Origin: Ylistrum balloti
Lineage: Eukaryota
Assembly (NCBI RefSeq): GCF_031769215.1
Contig: NW_026782339.1
Span: forward strand, 124,001 to 188,000
DNA: 64,000 bases
Direction: 5' to 3'
The first letter of the stretch is position 1, and each line of letters starts with the position of its first letter. A program made the position numbers and the translations under genes. Below the pieces are notes generated by a model. The model searched no databases and was not told the origin of the DNA. It saw only the letters and a program-made list of their open reading frames with translations. Positions 1 through 11,627 of this stretch are shown here, piece after piece.

Positions 1-158
1 CAACGATGAAGTAATGGTCACTACCCAATGATGAAATAATGGTCACTATCTAATGATGAAGTAATGGTCACTACCAAATGATGAAGTAATGGTTACTACC
101 CAACGATGAAGTACTGGTCACTACGCAATGATGAAGTATTGGTCACTACCTAATGATG
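1..158. repeat. 25-bp tandem repeat (~6 copies, truncated by window start)
   Basis: Unit caatgatgaagtaatggtcactacc recurs at 1, 26, 51, 76, 101 and 126 with a few substitutions. Confidence 0.9.
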
Positions 159-909
159 ATTGTAATTCTGCTCCTACACTACAACACAAGATCTACCGAT
201 TCCCTACGGACATCTAAGAGTGACCTTTGTACAAATACCAATTAGAAAGAATCTTTTGAATGCTTTGGTTTTGGCATGAAAGATGGTGTGTCTATTGAAA
301 TCGGTTTCAGCACAAAAGCACACACATTTGATGGAAACTTCACCATTTTCATTGGCTGAACTAAAGAATCTGGACTTCAGAGTAAACGCTTTTCAACACA
401 GCAAAGAGATGGCATTGCCAATGCAAATTTTAGCATTTTTTTCAGTTTTTACTTAATGTCCACATTACCTTATATAAGTATATCTTTCCTGTAGATCTGT
501 AACACTGAACACCCACACTTCACTGCCAAATATCTTACATTTTCCTTTGACTAAGTGACACATAGAGTATTACTCCGTCAATCATCAGCTTGTTACATAT
601 TAGTAGGAATGTTAGAAATAGACCTCTCAGTAGATAGACACTTTGTGGTGTCATAGGCTCTGCCATTTTTTACTGCTCATCACCCGATGATGGAGTATTG
701 ATCACTGAACAATGATCAAGTGATTGTAACTTCCCAAAACTTAAAATACAAAAACAATAAAAGACTAATAAGTACTGTCGGTGTTAACTTCAAGAAATAT
801 ACTTATATATATGTTTCAGTCTTAAAACACGCACACAAAAAGCAAAGCATGCTATGTTGTTTAATGAAGATGTGTTCAAAATATAATTTTCAAGTAAATT
901 TGATTATTA

Positions 910-1398
910 AACTAGAAAATGTCTGTAAGACATGAATGCCCCCCCCCCCCCCCCCCCCCCATTTGAAATAATAGTGAAAGGTCCGAAAGAGATGATTTTG
1001 TTAATTTGTATGCAACTATGTACAACTTAAGTTTCATACTTAAATTGACAAGTTGATTTAACGTACATGAATTTGGAATTTTGTTCTCTGGAAAAAATGA
1101 GGGAGTATATTAGTTCCTTATGCCTTAAAACCCACAAGTACCAAATTATGTAGAAATAAGATGATGTTCCTCTTTTTTGAGTTATCTCCCCCTGGTGGCC
1201 ATCTTTTTTTAGAAAGCCGAGAAATTCAACACTGCATGAGGTCTTTTCATACTTGATATTTGTATGAAGTTTCATGAAAATTGCCTTCCGAATGAAGTTG
1301 TTAGGTGGTATATACTGATTTGGGACGGGACGGGACGGGACGGACGGACATGGGCAACGCTATATGCCCCCGGACATAAATGGCGGGGGCATAAAAAT
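910..1398 (+). mobile_element. Non-autonomous Helentron-associated (HINE/DINE-1-like) element
   Basis: (GGAC/GGGAC)n microsatellite at ~1323-1349, then a 3' stem-loop TATGCCCCC(1363-1371)...GGGGGCATA(1385-1393) and an A run. ATGCCCCC also occurs near the 5' end, followed by poly-C at 939-960. This layout matches known HINE/DINE elements; the 5' boundary is approximate. Confidence 0.6.
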
Positions 1399-1840
1399 TT
1401 TGGTTTCAAACAAATACCTGATTGATACTTTTTATTTGAGATGTTCTCATGATCCAACTGTATACAAAATTTTGGTGACTATGTCACTTGAATATTTTCT
1501 AAGAAACTAAGCGAATTTCAACTTTTTCACATTTATGTGAAATACAGTGCTGACTTGGACAGAGCAATTCAGCTTGTCTCCATTCCTTCATCGCAGCAAT
1601 ACAAAATGTTATTTGATTCACCATATCTTTATACAGTAAAACATTACACTATATCACAGTGTAAAAGAACTATGTGTTGGAAAGCTGCCATCAACCTCCA
1701 TATAACAACAGGCTCACGACATCATCAATTATTACATCAAAGTATCTATGATGAGAAATGTTAGCGACACAAAAATTGTCAATAGCTGTCTTCTTGGGTA
1801 TGGTTGACTGAGTGGCTTGTGCTAAGTCCCTCCGATGTAA

Positions 1841-4800
1841 TCACCGAGGTGTATCTGATTTGGCAATGGTAGTAGCTGTCAGTAGATAACCACCTCCTCC
1901 ACTCATACTGATCACTGGGTGTGTCCTCATCTCCATCACCTCAAAAAACAAATCACACTATAAAACTACTCTGTTACAAGGTACATCATCAGATTTTCAC
2001 AAAATTAGTGCATCTTTTATCTTAGACTAACAACAAACTATAGATTTCAAACTCAAGGTTTTCTAAAAACTTCAGCCAATCAAGGACTATCTGGATATAA
2101 AAGTACCTATAGATAAGTACAAAAATAACCTCAAAGTAAAAATACATGATATGGAATAACAGTTAAGAGTTATCTGCCTTTGATTACAATAATAAATCTT
2201 TCATGATCTATGAATAATCTATGATGATGTGCTAAAATTTGTTTCTAACATTGGCCACCATTTATCAAAGTCAAAATCCTATTTGTTACAAGTGTTTATT
2301 ACAAATCTGCAATGGATTATCATGGAGAAAGGTATTGTAGCACAAATAAGACATATATGGTACCTCCCTGATACCCTAAACTAGGCCTCTTGTGACATGA
2401 TGTTAATGTGAAACTATATGACACTTAACTTGGCCTCTGATGCAGTATTGATGAGAAACTACCCCATACTCCCTTAACTAGGCCTCTTGTGACATGATGT
2501 TAATGTGAAACTATATGACACTTAACTTGGCCTCTGATGCAGTATTGATGAGAAACTACCCCATACTCCCTTAACTAGGCCTCTTGTGACATGATGTTAA
2601 TGTGAAACTATATGACACTTAACTTGGCCTCTGATGCAGTATTGATGAGAAACTACCCCATACTCCCTTAACTAGGCCTCTTGTGACATGATGTTAATGT
2701 GAAATTATATGACACTTAACTTGGCCTCTGATGCAGTATTGATGAGAAACTACCCCATACTCCCTTAACTAGGCCTCTGTGATGAGGTGTTACTATATAC
2801 CTACCTGATACTACCTTAACCAGGCCTCTGTGATGAGGTGTCAATATACACCTACCCCATACTCCCTTAACCAAGCCTCTGTGATGTTACTATATACCTG
2901 CCTGATACTACCTTAACCAGGCCTCTGTGATGAGATGTTACTATATACCTACCTGATACTCCCTTAACCAGGCCTCTGTGATAAGGTGTTACTATATACC
3001 TACCTGATACTACCTTAACCAGGCCTCTGTGATGAGATGTTACTATATACCTACCTGATACTACCTTAACCATGCCTCTGTGATGAGGTGTTACTACATA
3101 CCTACCTGATACTCCCTTAACCAGGCCTCTGTGATGAGGTGTTACTATATACCTACCTGATACTTCCTTAACCAGGCCTCTGTGATGAGGTGTTACTATA
3201 CACCTACCCCATACTCCCTTAACCAGGCCTCTGTGATGTTACTATACACCTACCCCATACTCCCTTATCAAGGCCTCTGTGATGAGGTGTTACTATATAC
3301 CTACCCCATACTCCTTTAACCAGGCCTCTGTGATGTTACTATATACCTGCCTGATACTTCCTTAACCAGGTCTCTGTGATGAGGTGTTACTATACACCTA
3401 CCCCATACTCCCTTAACCAGGCCTCTGTGATGTTACTATACACCTACCCCATACTCCCTTAACAAGGCCTCTGTGATGAGGTGTTACTATATACCTACCC
3501 CATACTCCTTTAACCAGGCCTCTGTGATGTTACTATATACCTGCCTGATACTACCTTAACCAGGCCTCTGTGATGTGGTGTTACTATATACCAACCTGAT
3601 ACTCCCTTAACCAAGCCTCTGTGATGAGGTGTTACTATATACCTACCTGATACTCCCTTAACCAAGCCTCTGTGACACGGTAGTTGACCATGTTTCCCTC
3701 CTTCCTCAGGTACTCATAGCAATCCATGATGGGCTGAAACACCGGCAAAATAAATATACAAGATGTAAAGGGATTCTTTATCAGATTTACAAGCTTAAAA
3801 AATTCCTCATAATCATCACTAGTTCTAGTTTATTGATGTACTTGGTACTTACCTCTTTATACTGTCCAAACACTACTATTGGACGGGAAGGAGCCACATA
3901 CTTCAACAAGGCCAATACAATAGGTGTTGGATGAAACTTACATGCCACAATCAAACTGCCAAAAAAAAATAATAAAACATATATAAGAAATACATTGAGG
4001 TTACATAAGAGGTTGTGTATGGTATTTCTTTCACTTGAGTAAGCAATTTTTCTAAAGTTATAAAAAACATGAGCTTTGCAAGACCTCTTTCTACCACAAA
4101 AAAAAAGAACTATTCTTACAATGAATTTATCTGTATTTATTTTTCATTACTCCTGTGATAATCAATGACCCATGTTTTCAGGTAATGAACAGTTAATCTA
4201 TTGGGGAAGTATATGAGAGATACAGGTAATGTATCAATGATATGTTTATACTCAAGATGAAATATTAAACACTTTGAATTGGTGGTCATAAAAATAAGCA
4301 GCATTGGAGAACAATTATTTGTATTAGCAAGGTTCCCAGCTGGAATGTAACAATCATTTGGTTATGAAAGAAAGATGCCTAAATTAACATGTGTATAATC
4401 TGTATTCTTCTTGCCAAGGGAATAAGAAATGACAAATGTAGCACTAGTTTGTAATCATATCAAATAACTTTAAAGTGTTCTATTCCAAGAACCAACTACC
4501 TAGATATCAGTATCCTGGGTCTTTTGAAACTTAAAAAAGATTCTCAGAAGTTTTACCCTATTCTATCTTGAAAATAGGTCAAGGTTATTATATAAGAAGT
4601 CTAATAGAACTGGATCCTAGGTACCAGATAGCAAAGTATCAGGAATCCGAGGTTTTCAACATAACTGACCCCTTTGATTTTGAAAACGGGTCAAGGTCAT
4701 CCACACGAAGAAAGATCATAGTACAGTTTCTGTGGTACCTCCTGGCAACATATCAGTACCCAGTTACTTATAGTTTTCTATAGGTTAAAAGTTGATGGAC

Positions 4801-7800
4801 AGACAGATGGGCAGATGATACTGTAAGTTCACTGTCACTTTGCACTAATTACTAAGTTGTTAGTTTGACAAATGGAAGTATACAGTGCTTTTAACTGTAA
4901 TTGAAATTTCCAACACACATTATCTCTTCTCTAATTCCCAAAATTCAGCAAGTATGATTTAGTGTACATTACCAATCAATATTTTTCTCTAGTATTAGGC
5001 TTCTGGTTTCTTGAATCTTCTGCTCTCGTAGTTGTCGATTTGTCTCTCTCTCCATCCCCTGTAAACAACAAAACAACTATGTAAGACTACAGATTACTTG
5101 TTATCAGAATTGTTGTGAAATAAATGAAGTTTACAGTTTAAAAAGAAGGAGGAACATATGAAAGAGTAAGCAGTGCAATCCATGACAAGACAAAGATCAA
5201 TAACAGCAGTTGGCTGGACAGAAGACTGACAAACCTGATTGTGGGGAAAATATTACCTTTTTCTTTCTTTGTTCCATATCAGTTTTGTTAAGTTTATCTT
5301 CTTCTTCAACTTCCATTTCTTCTGAGCATCCTGGGGTTTCCTGAGAATCAGATTTGCTGACACCATCCTCTGTAGTTTCAATGTCCGTTGTAGTTTCTTG
5401 TGGAGGTGTTGGCATATCTACCGATGTTTCTGTGACACAGTTAGAGCATGTGTCATGTGCTGTTTCCTGAGAATGTGTTGACACATTTACAGATATTTCA
5501 GAGGCACTACTAGAGCTTGTATTCACAGTTGTCTCCCCTTGGCACTTCACCACACTATCTGTGCCATTGCTATTTTCAGCTTTCCTGTCTGATTTCGTTT
5601 GATCACACTCAATAGTATTGACACGATCCAGAGGATAATTATATAAATTGTTCAGAATTTCCTCAGGAAAGTCAAATGAGTCCATCACAGGTCTGTGGAA
5701 AGCAACAATCAATATAACAGCTAGATTAAAATAATAAAGTTTCAGACCATTTTTTTTAAGGTAAGCACAAAGCAAGCACAACGATTAATGTCAATTTTGG
5801 CAGCTCACTTTAATTGTGACATGCATCAACAGATTTAACTATATTCATACTCAATCTTTCATTTAATTTTTTCCATTATACAACTCTTTTAAAACCTTAT
5901 CAAAAAGTGAACACACATAAAATATAGTAAAACACTATGATCTATACATGTGTATTTCACCTGTAGACCTAATTAACAGTTTAGTTACCTTACTGGTGTT
6001 GAACCTTGGTGGAAGTGTATAACTTTTCCAAAACCTGAAATACAATCATTTTTTTAGATTTAATGAATGTCACTTTGAAAGATATGATTTACAATTTAAC
6101 GGACATTGAGACTGATATGATCTGTTTTGATCAATAAAATAATGGCAAATCCAAAAGTACGGATAAGATGCTCTAGTCATAATATAGCATAATGTAAATT
6201 TATCAATGTTACAAAGCATGGTTATTCCAATTCATATATTGTATGTGAGAAACTCTGAGCTCAGGAAAAATTTTGGCCTTTTGTTAATCGAGTGAAAACT
6301 GGGCTAAAGAGAGATATTAAAGTTGAACTACTAGTTCCAGGTCTCCATAGGTGTCTCTCCATGACAGCCCCCACTAAAAGACTTATACAGGTGTCCACCA
6401 CAGTCACTACTTACCCCCTAGTCTCTCCATGACAGCCCCCACCACAAGCCCCATGCACGTGTCCACCACAGCTACAGTGGAATGTGCCCTTACATTCCCT
6501 CTACTGAGAATTTGGGCCAAGCTATCCACTCGCATGAAGCTGTAACACAGAATGAACTACAAATAAAATGAACTTATAACATCCAGCTGACACTCAGAGA
6601 TATTTCTATGTATTCTCACAGAAAAACCTTTAAAGAATATTTTGTTACTGTTTTATTAAGTATAGGTGAAAAATAATCAAACATGGCTCTGTTCCATTGA
6701 CAGGGATATTTCAACCCTTGTGTAATATTTTGGCTGGTCAGCACTTGTGCCTACACAAAGGGTTGGAATATATTTGTCCATAGAACAGACCCATGTCAGA
6801 TTCTATTGCACTTTAAAAATGCCTTCAAATGAACACGGATAACCAAACTTTGAAGTTTTGATGAGGACTTTGAAAAGTTAGATCACAATGCATGTTGTAA
6901 ACCATGCTGAGAAATGTTCCCTACTTACCATATTCTAGAAGGGTTCTTCATGTGGTGCATCTCACATAGCATCCGAGCAGATGGCTTCAGAATGGTGAAC
7001 TCAAGAAGATGTCTAAACAAGGAAATTAGACCAAGATATCAATACTGGTGTATCAACTACACATTCCCCAATATCATGACATTCCACTGTACAAGTATTG
7101 TGGCTCTACTAGTTAGACAAAATATCACACACAGGGACTACACAACCAGTGGGTGTTGTTCCATTAGTGTGAGAACTTGGGTATTTAATTTGTTCAAATA
7201 TGACCCTTTATACAATTTCATCTGGTTCAATAAAACAAAGGAAATGATTATGACTGTTTATAAATATACATGAACCAATAAATACAATAATCACTGAACA
7301 TACAATTCCTTGTAACTTTATATAGGCAACACTAAGTGAAGTGTATATGCTTTGTATATGACAAACATTCATTCACAATCATAGTTTCAAAATTTAAAAA
7401 GCACAAGTAAAACTTTTAGTATGGGTCATGAAACATTATATAATAGACATTGTAAAGGTAGCTTTGCAGTATACTTACTTTATTTTCTTTTTCTTGATCC
7501 ACTTAGCTTGAGCAAATACAGTCTTGGATTGAAATGTTGAACTGTTCTCTATCAGCTGGTCGATAATTTCCTACACAACAGAAGTATCATTACAGTGGGT
7601 ATCTGAAGGTTAATAATCTCCCAAAGAAATGACTTTTTATAGATATTAAAGAGCTAAAATTCCTTTACAAACATATCTCATTATAAATATCAGCTCTTTT
7701 AAAAATTACCTTTCCTTTAATGCCATCTTTCTTCATCTTCTCTATATCGTCACGTGTCAGTTTCTGGTTACTGTCCAGGTCCAGAAGATCCCTGTTATCT

Positions 7801-9542
7801 TTTCCACCTAAATATTAAACACTGAACGTTTATTCAGCTTGTTTTGTCTGTACATCATTTTACACCAGTAAAGAGGATCAAATTCTTACAAATAAGAAAC
7901 ATGATCAAATGCATGTATTGATAATTTCATGCAATGTATGAATTAAAAGAACTGTCAAGGAGGTAATCAGCATTACAAACAAATATTATTTGCAGAAACG
8001 TAACAACTTTCCCTTCCTTATATATATATATATATATATGAAAATATAAGTATTCCAAAATGTTCCCATGTTTTCATGTACAGCTGTATTTTCAGTAAAT
8101 TTATCTCAATGTTATAATCCTCGTGCTCAAAATCATTTTGCATAATTACTCATTTGTCTAGGAGTACTCAATTGTGAAACACAAAAACTGTTGTCTGTGT
8201 TTTGCATAATTTTACCACTGTCAACTAAGAGAAATGTTTGATTTCTAAACCTGTTCCTCGACAGAATTTCAAGGTACTAGATATGCTTGTAGCCCGAGTA
8301 GCGTCCAATTCCTACACCAGGCATAAGGCATTTAGAGTGACAGCAAATGACATGCACATCATCTGTGAGAATGTCTACATGCCTACAGACACTAAACTAC
8401 TTATCAGACTTATGTCTTACCTTCAGCCAAAGCTTCTGTCGCTGCCAGTGTTGATTTCTCTACTTTAATCATCTTTCCATCTTTCACTTCGAATGTAGTG
8501 CCATATGGATGACCAATAGTACCGTCCAAAGTAAACTTTGCTTTCTCCAGCCATACTTGTCTAAAATGCAATATGAATATATATGTTGACAAAATGCCTC
8601 ACAAGAATCACCTAATCCTAACTAAAGATGACATCTCAACAATGACATCTCCAATGATACCAGAAGTACTCTAAGGAATGAAGCTTAGACCACTCTTATT
8701 CTTAGTTCATGTTAACAATATAACTTCTGTTCCTCAGCTGTTAGTGTGTAGTTGTTCAATGTATGAAACTATCTCCACTTGTGTTCACTGTGAAGTTGCA
8801 ACAGGACCTGGATAAACTGAAAGAACTGGAGAAGTGGCATATATGTTTTAATCTGGACAAGTGCAGGGTAATATTGATCACCAGGATAAGAACTCCACTG
8901 ATCATTGAATTCATGGATGTTCCTCACAGACTGTCCCGTCAGTTCATCAGTATATGCATAGCTTTACAGAACATTACCTGGGACAAGCATACAGAAAAGA
9001 CGTCACACGTAAAAACGCTACTTCAAGTAACGCATTTGCGCTAAGGTAAACTGCTAGTTTTACCTCAATGTTTGATACGTAGTTCATAACGGATGTTCGT
9101 TCGCTTTATCATCTCTGTCACTGGACAGGTCAGAGAACGTTCAGTAAGTGAAAGGCGATTACATCAGGATAAAATAAGGATCTGTCACAGTAACTTGTTC
9201 AAATGTCAGGTTTATTGAGATGATCGTCACTACTTAGAAGGTAAAGGTTCATTCTGTCACTCGCTAAAAGTAGGAGACAGTACGGTATATTGCAGCAAGA
9301 ATTCTACAGGGGTTACACATACAGATGTAATTAGACATGAGAGTTTGCATGTGTCTACTTTCATTTTATGTGTCTTTCTGTTTCTGTCTAAAGAAGGTGT
9401 AACATTTTTACCTGTGTTTCCTTATCTGAAAAACTTTTATATTCTTTCCTTTCTTGAGAAGAACCTGATCCCCTTCTTTGATAATATGTTGAGAAGAAAC
9501 TTTATCGCGCGCACTTCCAGCTGCTGATGTTTCGGAGGCCAT
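1841..9542 (-). CDS. TRMT6: tRNA (adenine-58 N1)-methyltransferase non-catalytic subunit TRM6, 12 exons, 508 aa
   Basis: Exons in transcript order: 9542-9412, 8560-8421, 7807-7710, 7570-7479, 7012-6929, 6539-6415, 6034-5989, 5692-5257, 5058-4973, 3955-3853, 3733-3647, 1939-1841. All introns are GT-AG with consistent phase; total 1527 nt. Recognisable TRM6 motifs: IKEGDQVLLK, IGHPYGTTFEV, DNRDLLDLDSNQKLTRDDI, LIENSSTFQSKTVFAQAKW, DTCMGLVVGAVMERLGG, LIVACKFHPTPI, APSRPIVVFGQYKEP, EAWLREYQV, THPVISMSGGGGYLL. Confidence 0.95.
2360..3676 (-). repeat. Minisatellite built from the TRMT6 exon 11 3' end plus 5' splice site (46-51-bp units; 97-bp dimeric units distally)
   Basis: Minus-strand unit cacagaggc(c/t)tggttaagggagtatcag|gtaggtatatagtaacacctcat is the last ~28 nt of exon 11 plus the donor. 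From 2374 to 2780 the period is 97 bp (cccttaactagg at 2471, 2568, 2665, 2762). Confidence 0.93.
4480..4840 (+). mobile_element. Degenerate HINE-like repeat fragment in TRMT6 intron 9
   Basis: Contains tgacccctttgattttgaaaacgggtcaaggtca and a gacagacagatgg tail, both typical of mollusc HINE-type interspersed repeats. Boundaries are uncertain. Confidence 0.35.
8663..9000 (+). mobile_element. Decayed LINE (CR1/L2-type) reverse transcriptase fragment in TRMT6 intron 1
   Basis: From 8663 it reads EVL*GMKLRPLLFLVHVNNI, similar to GVPQGSVLGPLLFLIYINDL. ORF 8763-9044 has LQQDLDKLKELEKWHICFNLDKCRVILITR and ITWDKH, similar to the LINE RT C-terminal motifs LQxDLDxLxxW...FNxxKC and LxWxxH. It carries a stop and frameshifts. 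Confidence 0.75.
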
Positions 9543-9740
9543 GCTGCTACTTTCTGTGTGAAATAAACGCTTCAATACATTGGTGCATATCCATACCAAA
9601 CAAGCGTCTGTTGCACGCAGAATCCTACATGATGTCACACATAGAGCGCCGTCTGTAAACAAACACACGTGACATAACTGATTGACGTTTGAACGGGTTT
9701 CGAGAGTCAATGGGAGGGACCGATTTAAACCGTTGGGAAG
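9543..9740. promoter_or_regulatory. Putative bidirectional promoter (TRMT6 / 399-aa ORF)
   Basis: 198 bp separate the two divergent ATGs. The interval is locally CpG-rich and contains the E-box CACGTGAC at ~9666. Confidence 0.65.
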
Positions 9741-10940
9741 ATGCCCAAACTGGAGGAAAAGTTTAAGAAAGTGCCAAAGAAACTGTGTAAAGCTTTAAAA
9801 TCCAAGTTAATCTTTTTCAGTGAAAGAATTTCAGAAAATCAACGAAAGAAGTCCACCAAATCACCGTATTCACGTTATTATAGTCAATCTGTTGTGTCTG
9901 TCAAAGAACATTTTGATAAGTCATACAACTTTTCCTTTACAAAGAGGACAAATCACATGCTTCTTACATGTGAAGATCACCAAGACACGGCCGATTTATT
10001 GAAGACTCAAACGTTTCACGGCATCTTTTTAGCATCTGGAGAAATCCAGTCAAATAAAATTTTCATATTGTCGGAAAAGGACAATAATAATAGCTGTTAC
10101 CACAAAGCCATTGTCCATGTTAGCCAACTAAGTGTCATAATGAGCCGGACAAAAAGCTTTGACTCCTTGGAAACTAGACCTACTCATTCTTTATCATGCA
10201 CAAATACTATTGCAAGGAGAATGAAGTCCAACAAGACAGGAAAATATTCAAAATTTATCCCTGTGTTTGACACTCTAGGTGAAAAATATCCTCGTGGTTC
10301 CATCTCTGATAGATCTTTGCTTTGCTGGCTTGATTTACAAGCATGGTATGTCAACTATTTGGAGGACAAATTGGACAAGATAACCCTCCTTGATATGAAC
10401 AGAATTTCCAACCGTGGTTGTGACGATATGGAACTGATTCGTCCATCCCTTTCCCACAAAATTCAACAAAGAGAAATACAGGAACATGTTGCTTTGGAGG
10501 ACGACAGGTTTGGGAACAGAAATGAAGAGTACCTAAAAACATTTACGAAAGATCCTGAGGATGATGATGGTTTGGCAATACAGATTTACGTAAAAATGAG
10601 CAATTCTATGAATCTTTGCAGGCTTAAGAGTGAAATGATTGTATGTTGTTTACAGCATTTCTTCAAACCATATGACAACTTTGACCTGATGTGGGTTACA
10701 GATCTAGATGGCCATATTGCTGAAATTCAAGATAAAAAGATGTGTGATATTTTTAAAAGGGATGTTGTGGATGTGATGGATCTTATGAATGTAAAGGCTG
10801 TTGTGTACCTGCCACAAATTCCTGCAGCTAAACTACGTCACAAAGATCTCTGTGTTCTCGACACAATAGCCAGAACACTTGACCTGAATTCTAGTCAAGT
10901 CCTTTTTCTGCCAATGGACAGGAATATGTTTCTGTGGTGA
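9741..10940 (+). CDS. Uncharacterised intronless protein, 399 aa
   Basis: 1200-nt stop-free ORF in AT-rich DNA, non-repetitive, ATG in aagATG context, starting right at the CpG-rich TRMT6 promoter. It has a basic N-terminus and a globular-looking C-terminal half. I do not recognise the family. Confidence 0.75.
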   Translation: MPKLEEKFKKVPKKLCKALKSKLIFFSERISENQRKKSTKSPYSRYYSQSVVSVKEHFDKSYNFSFTKRTNHMLLTCEDHQDTADLLKTQTFHGIFLASGEIQSNKIFILSEKDNNNSCYHKAIVHVSQLSVIMSRTKSFDSLETRPTHSLSCTNTIARRMKSNKTGKYSKFIPVFDTLGEKYPRGSISDRSLLCWLDLQAWYVNYLEDKLDKITLLDMNRISNRGCDDMELIRPSLSHKIQQREIQEHVALEDDRFGNRNEEYLKTFTKDPEDDDGLAIQIYVKMSNSMNLCRLKSEMIVCCLQHFFKPYDNFDLMWVTDLDGHIAEIQDKKMCDIFKRDVVDVMDLMNVKAVVYLPQIPAAKLRHKDLCVLDTIARTLDLNSSQVLFLPMDRNMFLW

Positions 10941-11467
10941 GCAAAAGTATCACAACACAAAGAAATAGAATTTAAGATCACCAATTGAACTGTTACTCTA
11001 AAAATTGGCACTTTCAATTTGGAAATTTTCAATTGTCACATCTTTAAAAACGTGACTATTCCTCCAACCCATTTCAAGGGTTTCAAAAAATTTCTATTCA
11101 ACATTAACATGAAATAGATATTTTAATACATGTAATATTGTTATTTATGTATTACCAGTTATTAAAAATATTAACAATGTTTATTAGAGGAGATCAGCTG
11201 GCTTTCCATCCGCCATGAACAAATTAAGTTTTTTATTCTAATTTTGAAATATAAATGACACTGTTTGACACAATGGCACAGGATGATTTCAAAATATATT
11301 GAATCCTTCACTTGTATTGGTTATCAATCACATCACATGTAAACGTTAAGATAAAAATATGGACAAAGTAACATAAAAATGGGTTCATTGTTTATTGTTT
11401 ATTTCACACCAAAGGCACAATACTCGTCTGTAGTTGGTATCACGTAACATATTTATTATGGCACATT

Positions 11468-11627
11468 AAAATATGTGACAGTGGGTACGTCACAGTGTAA
11501 CCCCTTCAATCTGACATTGTAATACCCCATCACTCACTGTTTATCACTAAAATATCTGACAGTGGGTACGTTACAGTGTAACCCCTTCAATCTGACATTG
11601 TAATACCCCATCACTCACTGTTTATCA
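11468..11627. repeat. 81-bp tandem duplication (2 copies)
   Basis: cagtgggtacg..cagtgtaaccccttcaatctgacattgtaataccccatcactcactgtttatca starts at 11479 and 11560. Confidence 0.9.

Noticed and set aside
1-158. Repeated ATGATGA (snoRNA box C-like) motifs
   Set aside because: Part of a 25-bp tandem unit, with no box D or terminal stem.
5257-5692. Acidic Ser/Thr-rich insertion in TRMT6
   Set aside because: Human TRMT6 has a poorly conserved low-complexity segment at the same place.
9408-9710. Longer TRMT6 N-terminus starting at 9710
   Set aside because: It starts at a non-ATG codon and crosses the promoter. The ATG at 9542 gives an N-terminus matching TRM6 orthologues.
10230-10290. KFIPVFD in ORF399 resembling the SHLD3 segment RFIPWFP
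   Set aside because: A 7-residue similarity with no support from the rest of the protein, so it is not enough to name it.
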